From a virus (lineage: Duplodnaviria > Caudoviricetes): a stretch of DNA of 26,750 nt. Positions within the stretch are counted from its first letter, which is position 1, and the number at the start of each line of letters is the position of its first letter. The position numbers were made by a program, and so were the translations under genes. A model generated the notes under the pieces. The model searched no databases. It was not told the origin of the DNA and saw only the letters and a program-made list of their open reading frames with translations. The stretch spans positions 1 through 26,750 of the IMG/VR virus record IMGVR_UViG_3300013829_000017. One strand, 5' to 3'. Positions 1 to 8,035 of the stretch are shown here, piece by piece.

Positions 1-52
1 GGAATTTGCAGTTTTCGGTGACCCAATTTGCAGATTTCAGTGACTCTTTTCA
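1..52. mobile_element. Terminus of a probable IS21-family insertion sequence extending off the left edge
   Basis: Minus strand from 52 reads TG-AAAAGAGTCACTGAAATCTGCAAATT-GGGTCACCGAAAACTGCAAATT: terminal TG plus tandem subterminal repeats, the layout of IS21 ends. It interrupts the ORF starting at 180. No transposase is visible in the window. Confidence 0.55.
3..44 (+). repeat. Two 20-bp direct repeats with 22-bp period (putative transposase-binding sites)
   Basis: AATTTGCAGTTTTCGGTGAC (3-22) and AATTTGCAGATTTCAGTGAC (25-44), 18/20 identical. Confidence 0.85.
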
Positions 53-180
53 GCAGATATCTTAACCGCAACAGGCTTCTCCACCACAGACTGGGTGGAC
101 TCCGCCTCCTGCTTGACTTCGGCAAGCTTTACATTGGCATCGGTTGTGGTCAGGATGAGTTTGAAAGTTAAGTCAGGCAT
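37..180 (-). pseudogene. Truncated 5' fragment of a late gene, probably the tape measure protein
   Basis: ATG at 180 gives MPDLTFKLILTTTDANVKLAEVKQEAESTQSVVEKPVAVKISAEKSH*. The stop lies inside the IS-like end. The N-terminal pattern and the position after the tail chaperone fit a tape measure start. Confidence 0.5.
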
Positions 181-190
181 AGTATTCTAT

Positions 191-218
191 TTGCTTTTCT
201 ATTGTAGTGGCTTATAAT
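191..218 (+). promoter_or_regulatory. Sigma70-like promoter for the HNH moron
   Basis: TTGCTT (191-196), 16 bp, TATAAT (213-218), then GGAGG RBS at 236-240. Confidence 0.55.
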
Positions 219-248
219 ATATGCAACAACATCATGGAGGTAAAAAAG

Positions 249-476
249 ATGGCAAGATGTACAAGAACTTGGGGACTCGAAGTTCACCATAAGAGAAGAG
301 ATGGGGGAAATGGCATCGGTAATGCCGAAGTGTTATGTCAGTCATGCCATAAAGCAACTGCGACATACGGTGTTGGAGGAAAATCTCCGGACCCATTTAG
401 CCAAAGCACAAAAGATCAAGCCCTGAAAAATGCAGACAATCGCTGCGAATGCACAAGAGTTGGAGGATGTCACTAA
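249..476 (+). CDS. Small HNH endonuclease-like protein (75 aa), apparently circularly permuted
   Basis: EVHH...GGN...NAEVLCQSCH HNH signature. ATG at 249 follows GGAGG (ORF track extends to 207). Oriented opposite to the phage late genes. Confidence 0.75.
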   Translation: MARCTRTWGLEVHHKRRDGGNGIGNAEVLCQSCHKATATYGVGGKSPDPFSQSTKDQALKNADNRCECTRVGGCH

Positions 477-484
477 TCTAACGA

Positions 485-1264
485 TCACTGATAATTTCTA
501 ATCAGCAGCTCGGTCTCAGTCTGGAAAGTACCGGAAACGGTGTATTGCGCTTCGACTTCATCAATGGTGAAGCCTTGGTAGAGAGTACTGATATAAGGGT
601 CGTTGTTGTAAGATAACAGGAACTTTCCTTTGATCTGCTTCAGGATGGTAGCAAGCTCATCATGCTTGCTGAAGGGATTTGCGTCTTCTCTATCGTATAG
701 ATGCTCCTTTGTGTAATAGGGTGGGTCGAGGTAGAAGAAGGTGTTGGGCGTATCGAAACGAGCAATGATCTTCTCAAAGTCTTTCTTTTCGATGATAACC
801 TGCTTGAGCCGTTCGGAAGCTGCTTTCACCTTTTCGAGATTTCGCAGCGGCATGTATTTATAGCCCTGCATGATGCAGAAGTTCTTTGATCTTGAGCCGT
901 AGCTGCAGGATAACTGGAAGTAGAAACGGATAGCTCGCTCAAGCTCGGTTTTGGGCTCGTGTTGTGCGAACGTGTCGAACATCTCCCTGGATACCAAGTA
1001 CTGATTCAACTCGGTCACAAACGCTTCAGGGTGCTGCTTGATGTACTTCCAGAAGTTCACCAGATCACCATTGATGTCATTGTAGACTTCAGTATATCTG
1101 CTCTTCTTGGATAGCTGCCAGTCTTCCTTGTTGGGGCTCTTGCCGAATAGTATCCAGGCGGCCCCACCAAAGACTTCACAGTAGATATCGTGCTTGGGGA
1201 TGAGTGGCAGTATCTTCTTGCGAAGCAGACGCTTGCCGCCTACCCAGGAGATGATACTGTTCAC
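485..1264 (-). CDS. D12-class (Dam-like) N6-adenine DNA methyltransferase, copy 2
   Basis: WVGGKR, EVFGGAAW SAM-binding motif, YNDIN, FYLDPPY. GTG start overlaps the upstream stop (GTGA). Confidence 0.92.
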   Translation of the reverse strand: MNSIISWVGGKRLLRKKILPLIPKHDIYCEVFGGAAWILFGKSPNKEDWQLSKKSRYTEVYNDINGDLVNFWKYIKQHPEAFVTELNQYLVSREMFDTFAQHEPKTELERAIRFYFQLSCSYGSRSKNFCIMQGYKYMPLRNLEKVKAASERLKQVIIEKKDFEKIIARFDTPNTFFYLDPPYYTKEHLYDREDANPFSKHDELATILKQIKGKFLLSYNNDPYISTLYQGFTIDEVEAQYTVSGTFQTETELLIRNYQ

Positions 1265-2079
1265 GATATCCCCCTGATCTCTCTGGTGGTTTTAGCTTTT
1301 GCTTTTGCGGCTTCTGGATCAATGTCAACCAACTCGAAGTTGGCGATGATCACTTCCTTGAAGTCACTCTTGCCTTCCTTGCGGTTGATGCCCTTGGTTC
1401 TGGTGACGTGCTTGATGTCGTATCCTTTGTATAGCTTGAGAACTTCCGGGTTATCGTCATAGCTGAGGATGAAGCGTCCCTTGATGTTCTTCAGCTTCTT
1501 GCAGAGAGCTTCATGACTGAACTGCTTGGAGTTCTCATAGGTATAGCCCAGCATGTAAGGCGGATCGCAGTAGAAGAAGTTGCTCTTGGTATCGTATTTC
1601 TCAATCACCTTCTCATAAGAGAGGTTCTCGATGATCACCATATCGAGACGTTTGTGCAGTTCTTTGATGCGTTCCAGACGGTTATACATACTGGAAGTGC
1701 CACGCTTCTGCGAGGTGCCGAAGCTGTCACCTTTACTTCCGAATGATCTGGTGATTAGATACATGAACCTGGCAGCACGCTGTATTTCGGTCAAGCCTTC
1801 ATGCTTGAGTATATCACCAAAGAGCTTGCGGCTGGCGACTAACCAGTCCAGTTCCTTGATCAGTTCATCAGGATGGTATTTCACCTGCATGAACAGGTTG
1901 ACCAAGCGATTATCGAGATCATTATAGACTTCCAGGTCTCCCCACTTGTCTTTGTAGAGCAGCATCCAGGCTGCACCACCGAAGGGCTCGATATAGCCCT
2001 TGATATCTTTGGGAACATATTGGGCTATGGTCTTTCTGAGGAGGCGTTTACCGCCAATCCATCCGATCAATGCATCCAT
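1261..2079 (-). CDS. D12-class (Dam-like) N6-adenine DNA methyltransferase, copy 1
   Basis: WIGGKR, EPFGGAAW, YNDLD, FYCDPPY. Start placed at ATG 2079 after AAGGAG (ORF track extends to 2109). Confidence 0.92.
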   Translation of the reverse strand: MDALIGWIGGKRLLRKTIAQYVPKDIKGYIEPFGGAAWMLLYKDKWGDLEVYNDLDNRLVNLFMQVKYHPDELIKELDWLVASRKLFGDILKHEGLTEIQRAARFMYLITRSFGSKGDSFGTSQKRGTSSMYNRLERIKELHKRLDMVIIENLSYEKVIEKYDTKSNFFYCDPPYMLGYTYENSKQFSHEALCKKLKNIKGRFILSYDDNPEVLKLYKGYDIKHVTRTKGINRKEGKSDFKEVIIANFELVDIDPEAAKAKAKTTREIRGIS

Positions 2080-2282
2080 TACACATCTCCTTTCGGGTCT
2101 GCCAGACACAGGCGCAGATACAGCTCAGGCAGAGAGAGCTGGTCGAAGTCTTCATTGGTGAAGCCCAGTTTACGCAGGATCATTTCGAACCTCTCGTAGG
2201 GGTATTTGCTTCGGTGGTCACCGCTAATCCGAAACTCCCGAGCCAACTTTTGAACCTGTCTTTGTTGGCTCTGATATAGACG
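2079..2282 (-). CDS. -1 frame extension of the tail assembly chaperone (lambda gpT / P2 E'-like)
   Basis: The -1 frame is open for 67 codons from the slippery site (RLYQSQQ...MILRKLGFTNEDFDQLSLPELYLRLCLADPKGDV*) to a TAA overlapping the MTase ATG. Not in the ORF track. Confidence 0.7.
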   Translation of the reverse strand, partial: RLYQSQQRQVQKLAREFRISGDHRSKYPYERFEMILRKLGFTNEDFDQLSLPELYLRLCLADPKGDV

Positions 2283-2530
2283 AAAAAAGCGGAGATATGC
2301 TCCAGTGCATCAAGTGCATCCATGGTGTCCGGGTCCTGCTTGGAGATGATCCTGATCAACTCTTTATCGGCTTCCGAATCACTGATTAGTTCAAGTAGCT
2401 CCACTTCACTTAGCTTGGTCAGCTTGCCGGAAAGAAAGTCCTCAAGCTTGGCTTTCAAGGTCTTGTTCGAGATCGTGAGACATAGTATTTGCCGCAGTTG
2501 GTTATAGCTGAGTGTTACTTCTCGCTTCAT
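2180..2530 (-). CDS. Putative tail assembly chaperone (gpG-like, 116 aa)
   Basis: Lies downstream of the major tail gene and contains an in-frame T TTT TTC slippery heptamer with an open -1 frame. Confidence 0.7.
   Translation of the reverse strand: MKREVTLSYNQLRQILCLTISNKTLKAKLEDFLSGKLTKLSEVELLELISDSEADKELIRIISKQDPDTMDALDALEHISAFFVYIRANKDRFKSWLGSFGLAVTTEANTPTRGSK
2282..2288 (-). other. Programmed -1 ribosomal frameshift site T TTT TTC
   Basis: Codons GCT TTT TTC (A81-F82-F83) give a correctly phased X XXY YYZ heptamer. Confidence 0.7.
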
Positions 2531-2545
2531 AGAATTATCCTTTTC

Positions 2546-2746
2546 TTATTGTCCGAAAAACATCTTGATGGCAACGCCCAACAACAAAAAGAACTGGGAA
2601 GTGGAGACGGTTAGAAGCAGCTTCATGTTCGTCTCCACCTTCGCCATTCTGGTTATCAGAGATTTGCTGCTGTTGCCATTGCCGTAGATTTCAGAATGCA
2701 GGCTATCGATTTTCTGTTTGATTTCAGGTTTGCATCGGCAATCCAT
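2546..2746 (-). CDS. Small phage membrane protein (66 aa, coiled coil plus C-terminal TM helix)
   Basis: AAGGAG RBS before ATG 2746. Hydrophobic C-terminus LLLTVSTSQFFLLLGVAIKMFF. Confidence 0.65.
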   Translation of the reverse strand: MDCRCKPEIKQKIDSLHSEIYGNGNSSKSLITRMAKVETNMKLLLTVSTSQFFLLLGVAIKMFFGQ

Positions 2747-2789
2747 AACAGCTCCTTGATTCATATCGTATTTACGTAGGGATGCGATC

Positions 2790-3335
2790 TTACACCCCCG
2801 GAGGTATGTCTTTTCGCAGGTAGATCCTGCCTGCGGTGGTTCCGGAGAACTCTGTGGAGATAATTACCGAAAACAGACCATCGGCTTCTCCCGACCAGTC
2901 CACAGTCCAGCGCATACCATTGAAGATGACGACTCTATCAAAGCCTTTGGAAACTACGACTATGGTTACGTCCTGGCTCATGAAGCCGTGACTCTCCAAG
3001 TAGTTCTTCTGCGCCGTAGAGAGCCCGGCAATCGTAAGCTCCACCGTACTGGTTCTCTTTCCGGGTATCGTATAGTTCCGGGTCTTGAGCTTGGTGATTT
3101 TGGAGTCTGCCTTACCCGGCTTCTCGGCAAGCTCACCCAAGAGGCTAAAGTTGGTGGTTAACTCAGCTTTAACATCCGGTTGGGTGGCATATAGCGTGTT
3201 AACCCCTTCCGTGTCATAGCTGCCTACTCCGAAATAGACGTTATCGGCAACCAATACGTCCATGAGATTGGCGAACTTCAGATCATCCGGGGACATATCT
3301 GCTGGGTAGGTCGGTTGAGAGATGTATTGCGGCAT
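2790..3335 (-). CDS. Putative major tail (tube) protein (181 aa)
   Basis: ATG 3335 coupled to the holin stop (TGATG) with AAGGAG RBS. Size, beta-rich pattern and position upstream of the chaperone fit. Confidence 0.55.
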   Translation of the reverse strand: MPQYISQPTYPADMSPDDLKFANLMDVLVADNVYFGVGSYDTEGVNTLYATQPDVKAELTTNFSLLGELAEKPGKADSKITKLKTRNYTIPGKRTSTVELTIAGLSTAQKNYLESHGFMSQDVTIVVVSKGFDRVVIFNGMRWTVDWSGEADGLFSVIISTEFSGTTAGRIYLRKDIPPGV

Positions 3336-3685
3336 CAGAATACTCCTTTGATGGCTTTGCCGATACTGAAGAGCCACTTACGGTTGTGGAATACGTACTC
3401 AATAGCGCCACCGATGGTTCCAAATACTTTGAGCACGAGGTTAGTCTGCTTAGCCGGAAGAGCTTTAGTAGCTCGTTCGACTGCCAACTGCTTCTTGGCA
3501 TAGTCATCGAGTTCTCTGGTAGCAGGATTGATCTTGATATCCTGCACGATATCCAAGATGATTGCCAGAGCCGAATTGACCTTAGTCTTATCGATCAGCT
3601 TACCTGTTGAGCGGGAAACGATCCAGACGATAATAGCCGAGATTAGGCCGAGGAGAAACTCCTGATTAGCGAATATAAAATCCAT
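3335..3685 (-). CDS. Holin-like membrane protein
   Basis: N-terminal TM helix, KKQLAVE motif reminiscent of LL-H-type holins, AAGGAG RBS. Confidence 0.55.
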   Translation of the reverse strand: MDFIFANQEFLLGLISAIIVWIVSRSTGKLIDKTKVNSALAIILDIVQDIKINPATRELDDYAKKQLAVERATKALPAKQTNLVLKVFGTIGGAIEYVFHNRKWLFSIGKAIKGVF

Positions 3686-3703
3686 TGATACTCCTTATCT
3701 TGC

Positions 3704-5440
3704 TTAGGTGGTGAGTTTGAACACTTTAACGAAGCCATCGAGATAGGTGATGCCGGGACGGATACGGATGTACCAGTGGTACTTCCAATCCGCGCCATGA
3801 TGCTCGACTTTGAGTTCTGCGTCAGTGCGATAACCGATGATGATGAACTTGGGCAGACCGCCGATGATGTAATCATCAGCCATGAGGCGGGGCTTTACCG
3901 GAATACCCGCAAAGGATACGTTGCCGCCTTCGAGCAGCAGGCGATCTCCGGCTCCGGTCTCACGCTTAGCAAGCTCGGCTCTGATGCGGATCAGATCTTT
4001 GTGACTGACATAGAACTTGAAGCTCTCCTGCTCCTCGAGCATCTCATCGGAGAAAGCCAAGAGAGCCGCTTCAAAGCGCTTTGCCCAGTCCGTATAGGTG
4101 GTCTTGGAGAGATTGGTCACCTTGGTAGCGGTAGTGGCAAGCTTGATGATACCGTCCAAAGCCTTGAGCTTGGCTGTAGCAGAAACCCTGTCACCTCTGA
4201 AGAGCAGGAGACGGATAGCCTTCTCGGTCTTCTTGGCGATGTGGTTCTCTACGTAGGCTCCAAAGGCATCTTCTCCGTATTTGTCTTTGTAGAACTCGAC
4301 CACATCTCTTCCGAGAGTGAACTCAGCATTGAGTATCCCGGTGGGGATGGAGATATCACCTGTACCCACGTCCTGAGCTGTCAGAGCGCCATCGAGCTTG
4401 TTCTTGAAGACGAGGTCTTCCACCAGACCGATGTCGAGAGACTCATCTTTCAGCAGTGGCACAATGGTGATATCCGAAAGTGTATCACCGGGATGAGAAC
4501 CGATCACTTCATCAATGAAGAGAGAGGTGTTATTGGGATTGAGGATGTTCATGGCTTTGCCGGAGTCCACATCGGCAATGCCCTTGTAGATCTCACGATG
4601 CGAAGCCTTGACCATGATCTTGTTACCATCGATGGATACTTCCCGGTCAGTAGTCTGCTGGTTCACATCCGGCTCTCCGGGTATGGACTTGGAGATAGCA
4701 CGAGACATGGTCACTGACAAGTCCTTGAGGCTCTTCTCGATGCTCTTGACTGCATCGGTTACAGTAGCCGAACCGCTGTTCTTTTCCAACTCTGTAATCT
4801 TCTCGGTAATGGCTGTGATGCCTTTCTGAAGTTCACTGTTCTTATTGTGCTCAGCCACTTTACGTAAGCTGTTGAGCTCATTCTTGATCTCGGTAAGGCT
4901 GGCTTCGGCACTGCGGTAGTCATCAGCCCGACCATAGATCGAGACGCCATTGAACTCGCCCTTTTCGATCTTCTGCCAGAGATCACTCTGCAGGTTTTCG
5001 CACTTGAGGACTTGCACCCAGGAGCCCACTTTAGCATCGGGAAAATGCTCTCGGTCGCTGGTCTTGAGGATGTAGTTTTCCACTACGGTGAACTCCGGAA
5101 CGGGCTGCATATTGTGATTCACATCGCATTTGCCGACTAAACCGTGCTTGGCAAAGTGGTCACAGGCTTTCTGAATCTCTTCCCGAGTGTAATAGTCACC
5201 CTGAGAGTCGGGGAAGTTGGGCTCCATCAGAGTGACGTAAAGCCTCCCTAAAGTGCCCGATGTCTCACTCTTGAACTTGGTGGAGTTGATCTTGTGTTCA
5301 AAGCTTCTGCCAGAGGCATTCTTGACCACAAAGCCTTTCTGATTGGCAGGGTTCATCTCGTCAAAGAGAAGCGAGACCAGCTCGACTTCCACATTACGCA
5401 GCTCACCCTTCTGAATGGTTCGTTTTTTGAATGGATACAC
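3704..5440 (-). CDS. Fused prohead protease (XkdF-like) / scaffold / major capsid protein (578 aa)
   Basis: N-terminal EPNFPDSQGD...DVNHN...GSWV...WQKIEKGEFNGVSIYG is XkdF-like, followed by a coiled coil and a capsid-like C-terminal half (LLFRGD...LDGIIKLA). GTG 5440 follows AAGGAGG (ORF track extends to 5491). Confidence 0.8.
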   Translation of the reverse strand: MYPFKKRTIQKGELRNVEVELVSLLFDEMNPANQKGFVVKNASGRSFEHKINSTKFKSETSGTLGRLYVTLMEPNFPDSQGDYYTREEIQKACDHFAKHGLVGKCDVNHNMQPVPEFTVVENYILKTSDREHFPDAKVGSWVQVLKCENLQSDLWQKIEKGEFNGVSIYGRADDYRSAEASLTEIKNELNSLRKVAEHNKNSELQKGITAITEKITELEKNSGSATVTDAVKSIEKSLKDLSVTMSRAISKSIPGEPDVNQQTTDREVSIDGNKIMVKASHREIYKGIADVDSGKAMNILNPNNTSLFIDEVIGSHPGDTLSDITIVPLLKDESLDIGLVEDLVFKNKLDGALTAQDVGTGDISIPTGILNAEFTLGRDVVEFYKDKYGEDAFGAYVENHIAKKTEKAIRLLLFRGDRVSATAKLKALDGIIKLATTATKVTNLSKTTYTDWAKRFEAALLAFSDEMLEEQESFKFYVSHKDLIRIRAELAKRETGAGDRLLLEGGNVSFAGIPVKPRLMADDYIIGGLPKFIIIGYRTDAELKVEHHGADWKYHWYIRIRPGITYLDGFVKVFKLTT

Positions 5441-5494
5441 GATACCTCCTTGGGTATGTATTTTATTGTTATCTATGTGCTTGTGTTTCATTGA

Positions 5495-6691
5495 TTACTT
5501 ACTTCCAAAGTTCCGATTCTGCATGAACAGACGTTCATCATCGGATTGCAGAATCTCGGTCAGGTTGCCGAAGTTGAAGTCATCCGGTTTGACTTTCCAG
5601 CCGAACTCGTAGTTAAACTCAATTGCCAAAGTGAGCGCAAGTCGCTCCTGTAGCGGTTTGATCACGAAGTGGTAGAACATAGCCATGTCACTACGGTTAT
5701 CGCCACCAAGCTGCCCCGGGATAAGCTGAGATACAATCCTTGCCGGAACCCGATGATAGGCGAGGATTCCTTCTCTGAGGTCTTTCTTGAGGCTGAGGAA
5801 ACCGCCCTCCCTGTCCTGCTGTCTGAGTGGTTCCAGGCGTATCTTCACATCCCGGCTTTCACTCTCGATCAGTACGGTTGAGTGGCTTTTGGCGTTTCCT
5901 TTCACTTCTGTGAGTGCTTTCTCGATCTCGGTATAGGCATCGGTCAGCACTTCATTACCGGCTTCGTCAGTGACAGTTCCGTCTCTGAGAGTGCCGCCTT
6001 CCACGATTACGAAGTAGTCGATCATGAGACCGTTCTTGAAGTTGTTGTAGTCGAAGGTCTTGATCTCACCGAGTATCTCGATGTTGATGGCTATGGGCAG
6101 ACAGGCAAGGCCCCAGGCGTTTGATCTGTGCGTGGACTTCTTGATGTGCACTATATCCGCATAAGCGAAGTCCTTCTTCTGGTTGTTCTTCACTTGGATA
6201 TAGTCGGGTCTGAAGAAGCCGAACTTGTCATAGTTCTCCACGATCTGCACTTCACTCGGCAGCATGCGCTCCAGTCCCATCCACTGGCCTTGTGCATTGC
6301 GCATCTTGATCAAGAAACCGTTACCACAGGCCAGGTAGAACTTGATCATCTCAGCCAGGATAGTGGTCTGGTCTTCACAGGCAGGGAACTCGGCAGCTTC
6401 CATCCAGGCGGCAACCTGCTTGTTCTTGCACTCGAACTGCATGACCGTAGCCATTGAGAGCGCATCGATACAGCCGGAGTGGTACTCGTCCATATCCAGG
6501 AGATTGAGCAGCTTGCTCATGGAGTAGGGTGCCATCACTGTCTTCTTGCTCTCGGCTGCCTTGGAGATAAGCTGTTTGCCCAATCTCTGGCACTTGGATA
6601 GGTCAATGGCTTCCGGTTTGTACTTGCTCTCGATCAGATCAGACACCGAGCTGATAGCCAGGTTATATCCACCCAACCGCATCACTCTCAC
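5495..6691 (-). CDS. Portal protein (PBSX/HK97-like)
   Basis: FYLACGNGF, DIVHIK...WGL, YNNFKNG and ILAYHRVPARIV portal motifs; 398 aa. Confidence 0.85.
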   Translation of the reverse strand: MRVMRLGGYNLAISSVSDLIESKYKPEAIDLSKCQRLGKQLISKAAESKKTVMAPYSMSKLLNLLDMDEYHSGCIDALSMATVMQFECKNKQVAAWMEAAEFPACEDQTTILAEMIKFYLACGNGFLIKMRNAQGQWMGLERMLPSEVQIVENYDKFGFFRPDYIQVKNNQKKDFAYADIVHIKKSTHRSNAWGLACLPIAINIEILGEIKTFDYNNFKNGLMIDYFVIVEGGTLRDGTVTDEAGNEVLTDAYTEIEKALTEVKGNAKSHSTVLIESESRDVKIRLEPLRQQDREGGFLSLKKDLREGILAYHRVPARIVSQLIPGQLGGDNRSDMAMFYHFVIKPLQERLALTLAIEFNYEFGWKVKPDDFNFGNLTEILQSDDERLFMQNRNFGSK

Positions 6692-7089
6692 GAAGAGGCT
6701 CCGTTGCCGACCTTCAGCAGGTCTATCTTGGCTATTCTGACCAGGCGGGAGCCATCAATGCGGCTGGTATAGTACTCAATACTGGGCAAGTCCCGGTTCA
6801 TCAGCTTGAGGTAGAAACTCCGGAACTTCTCTTTTAGTTGGTAAAGATCGGAATCAGGATCATCCACGTTATGGGCATTGACGACCAGGAAGACTGTCCA
6901 GGCTATGTCCGTACTTACGAACTGACGAGAAGTACCGTTCCTGCCTGTCTCTGAGTCCAAGATCACGATAGCACAGGGTAACTGCTTGGGAATGGCATCC
7001 TTGTTGAACTGGATGGTTGGAATGTCACAGAACTTGAGCGCATCTTCTATCCGCTTCCGTTCTGCCATGAATCTCTGATATGCTGTCAT
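6688..7089 (-). CDS. Putative tail completion/terminator protein (133 aa)
   Basis: ATG 7089 overlaps the upstream stop (ATGA) with GAGG RBS. LPCAIVIL pattern and neck-gene context. Confidence 0.5.
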   Translation of the reverse strand: MTAYQRFMAERKRIEDALKFCDIPTIQFNKDAIPKQLPCAIVILDSETGRNGTSRQFVSTDIAWTVFLVVNAHNVDDPDSDLYQLKEKFRSFYLKLMNRDLPSIEYYTSRIDGSRLVRIAKIDLLKVGNGASS

Positions 7090-7577
7090 AGACTTACCTC
7101 GATGGAGTTGAGTTGCTGATATATCCACTGCTCCCGGTTAGCGATAACCTGAGCAAATACATTACGAGCCGCAATGCCTTCCCGTTTGATCTTGGCTTGG
7201 ATCATGTGAGCTATCTGATCCACAGTGAGCAGCTTCCCACTCTTCTTATCAGTCCACGAGAGCCCCTTCCGCTCTACCCATGACTTCAGAGGTGCGATGG
7301 GAGTCCAAGAAGGCACTTTACCACCTAAGACAAAAGGCTCGTGTCGCACGTTTGATCCCACTCGAAGCGTCATGCCAGAATCATCGGTTTCCACTACGTA
7401 ACCCGTGTTTCCGTAGAAATCGCCTTTATCGTGGATCTGCTGAGTGAGAATCTCTTTGCGGGAGTCGGCATCGATAACACTCCCGATCAGATGTAGACGA
7501 CTCTCAAGAGCCGCATAGATCGCTCTGTAGATTTGGATCATCAACTCTTCCGGGCTCCTGTAGTCACTCTGCGGCAT
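7086..7577 (-). CDS. Virion morphogenesis protein (HK97 gp10 / Mu gpG-like)
   Basis: DKGDF...LRVGSNVRHEPFV...LKSWVERKGL...IKREGIAARNVF pattern typical of this neck protein group. Confidence 0.65.
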   Translation of the reverse strand: MPQSDYRSPEELMIQIYRAIYAALESRLHLIGSVIDADSRKEILTQQIHDKGDFYGNTGYVVETDDSGMTLRVGSNVRHEPFVLGGKVPSWTPIAPLKSWVERKGLSWTDKKSGKLLTVDQIAHMIQAKIKREGIAARNVFAQVIANREQWIYQQLNSIEVSL

Positions 7578-8035
7578 CAGATCACCCCGGCTCTCAGCAC
7601 TTTAGGGAGTCTCGGTTTCAACTCTGTCAGTCGCTCCATACCACCTTGATTGAGATAGTTCCGAAGCAGAGTGAGAGCCCTAAGCTCAAGCTTGGCTTTA
7701 AATGCGTCTATTTCGCTTCCTGTGAGTAGTTCAGTCGCAGACTGGTCTAATCCCACTGTCTTGACTATTCCTTCGCCCAGAGTCTTCAAATTGAGGAACT
7801 CGCAAGTACTCTGCAGCATCAGGAAGCAGTACCCAAAACGAAAAGAGATCAAAAAGGGATCGTCTTCGGGGTAGTCGACACGAGTAGCGTCCTGGTAAAA
7901 ATTATCCAAAACAAGACTTCTGATGGTCTCCAAAACCAGCCCTCTATGCTCTTTAAAGATGACGTTATCAGCCATCTCCTTGGGTAGGTTAAGCACTGCC
8001 AGCACTTCGATAGCCTCAACCGGGATGGGTATCAC
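7577..8035 (-). CDS. Phage protein, possible head-tail adaptor
   Basis: 152-aa ORF coupled to both neighbours. Function inferred from position only. Confidence 0.5.
   Translation of the reverse strand: MIPIPVEAIEVLAVLNLPKEMADNVIFKEHRGLVLETIRSLVLDNFYQDATRVDYPEDDPFLISFRFGYCFLMLQSTCEFLNLKTLGEGIVKTVGLDQSATELLTGSEIDAFKAKLELRALTLLRNYLNQGGMERLTELKPRLPKVLRAGVI

Noticed and set aside
1-52. Left end of the Mu-like prophage itself
   Set aside because: The subterminal repeats lie to the left of the terminal CA, so the element they belong to extends out of the window.
3776-4717. 313-aa plus-strand ORF (also 9866-10753, 12662-13432, 13748-14344 and 23016-23630)
   Set aside because: Antisense shadows of well-supported genes, with no recognisable motifs.
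6191-6600. Two CACTTGGATA near-matches to the array motif in the portal gene
   Set aside because: Isolated 9/10 matches inside coding sequence, compatible with chance.
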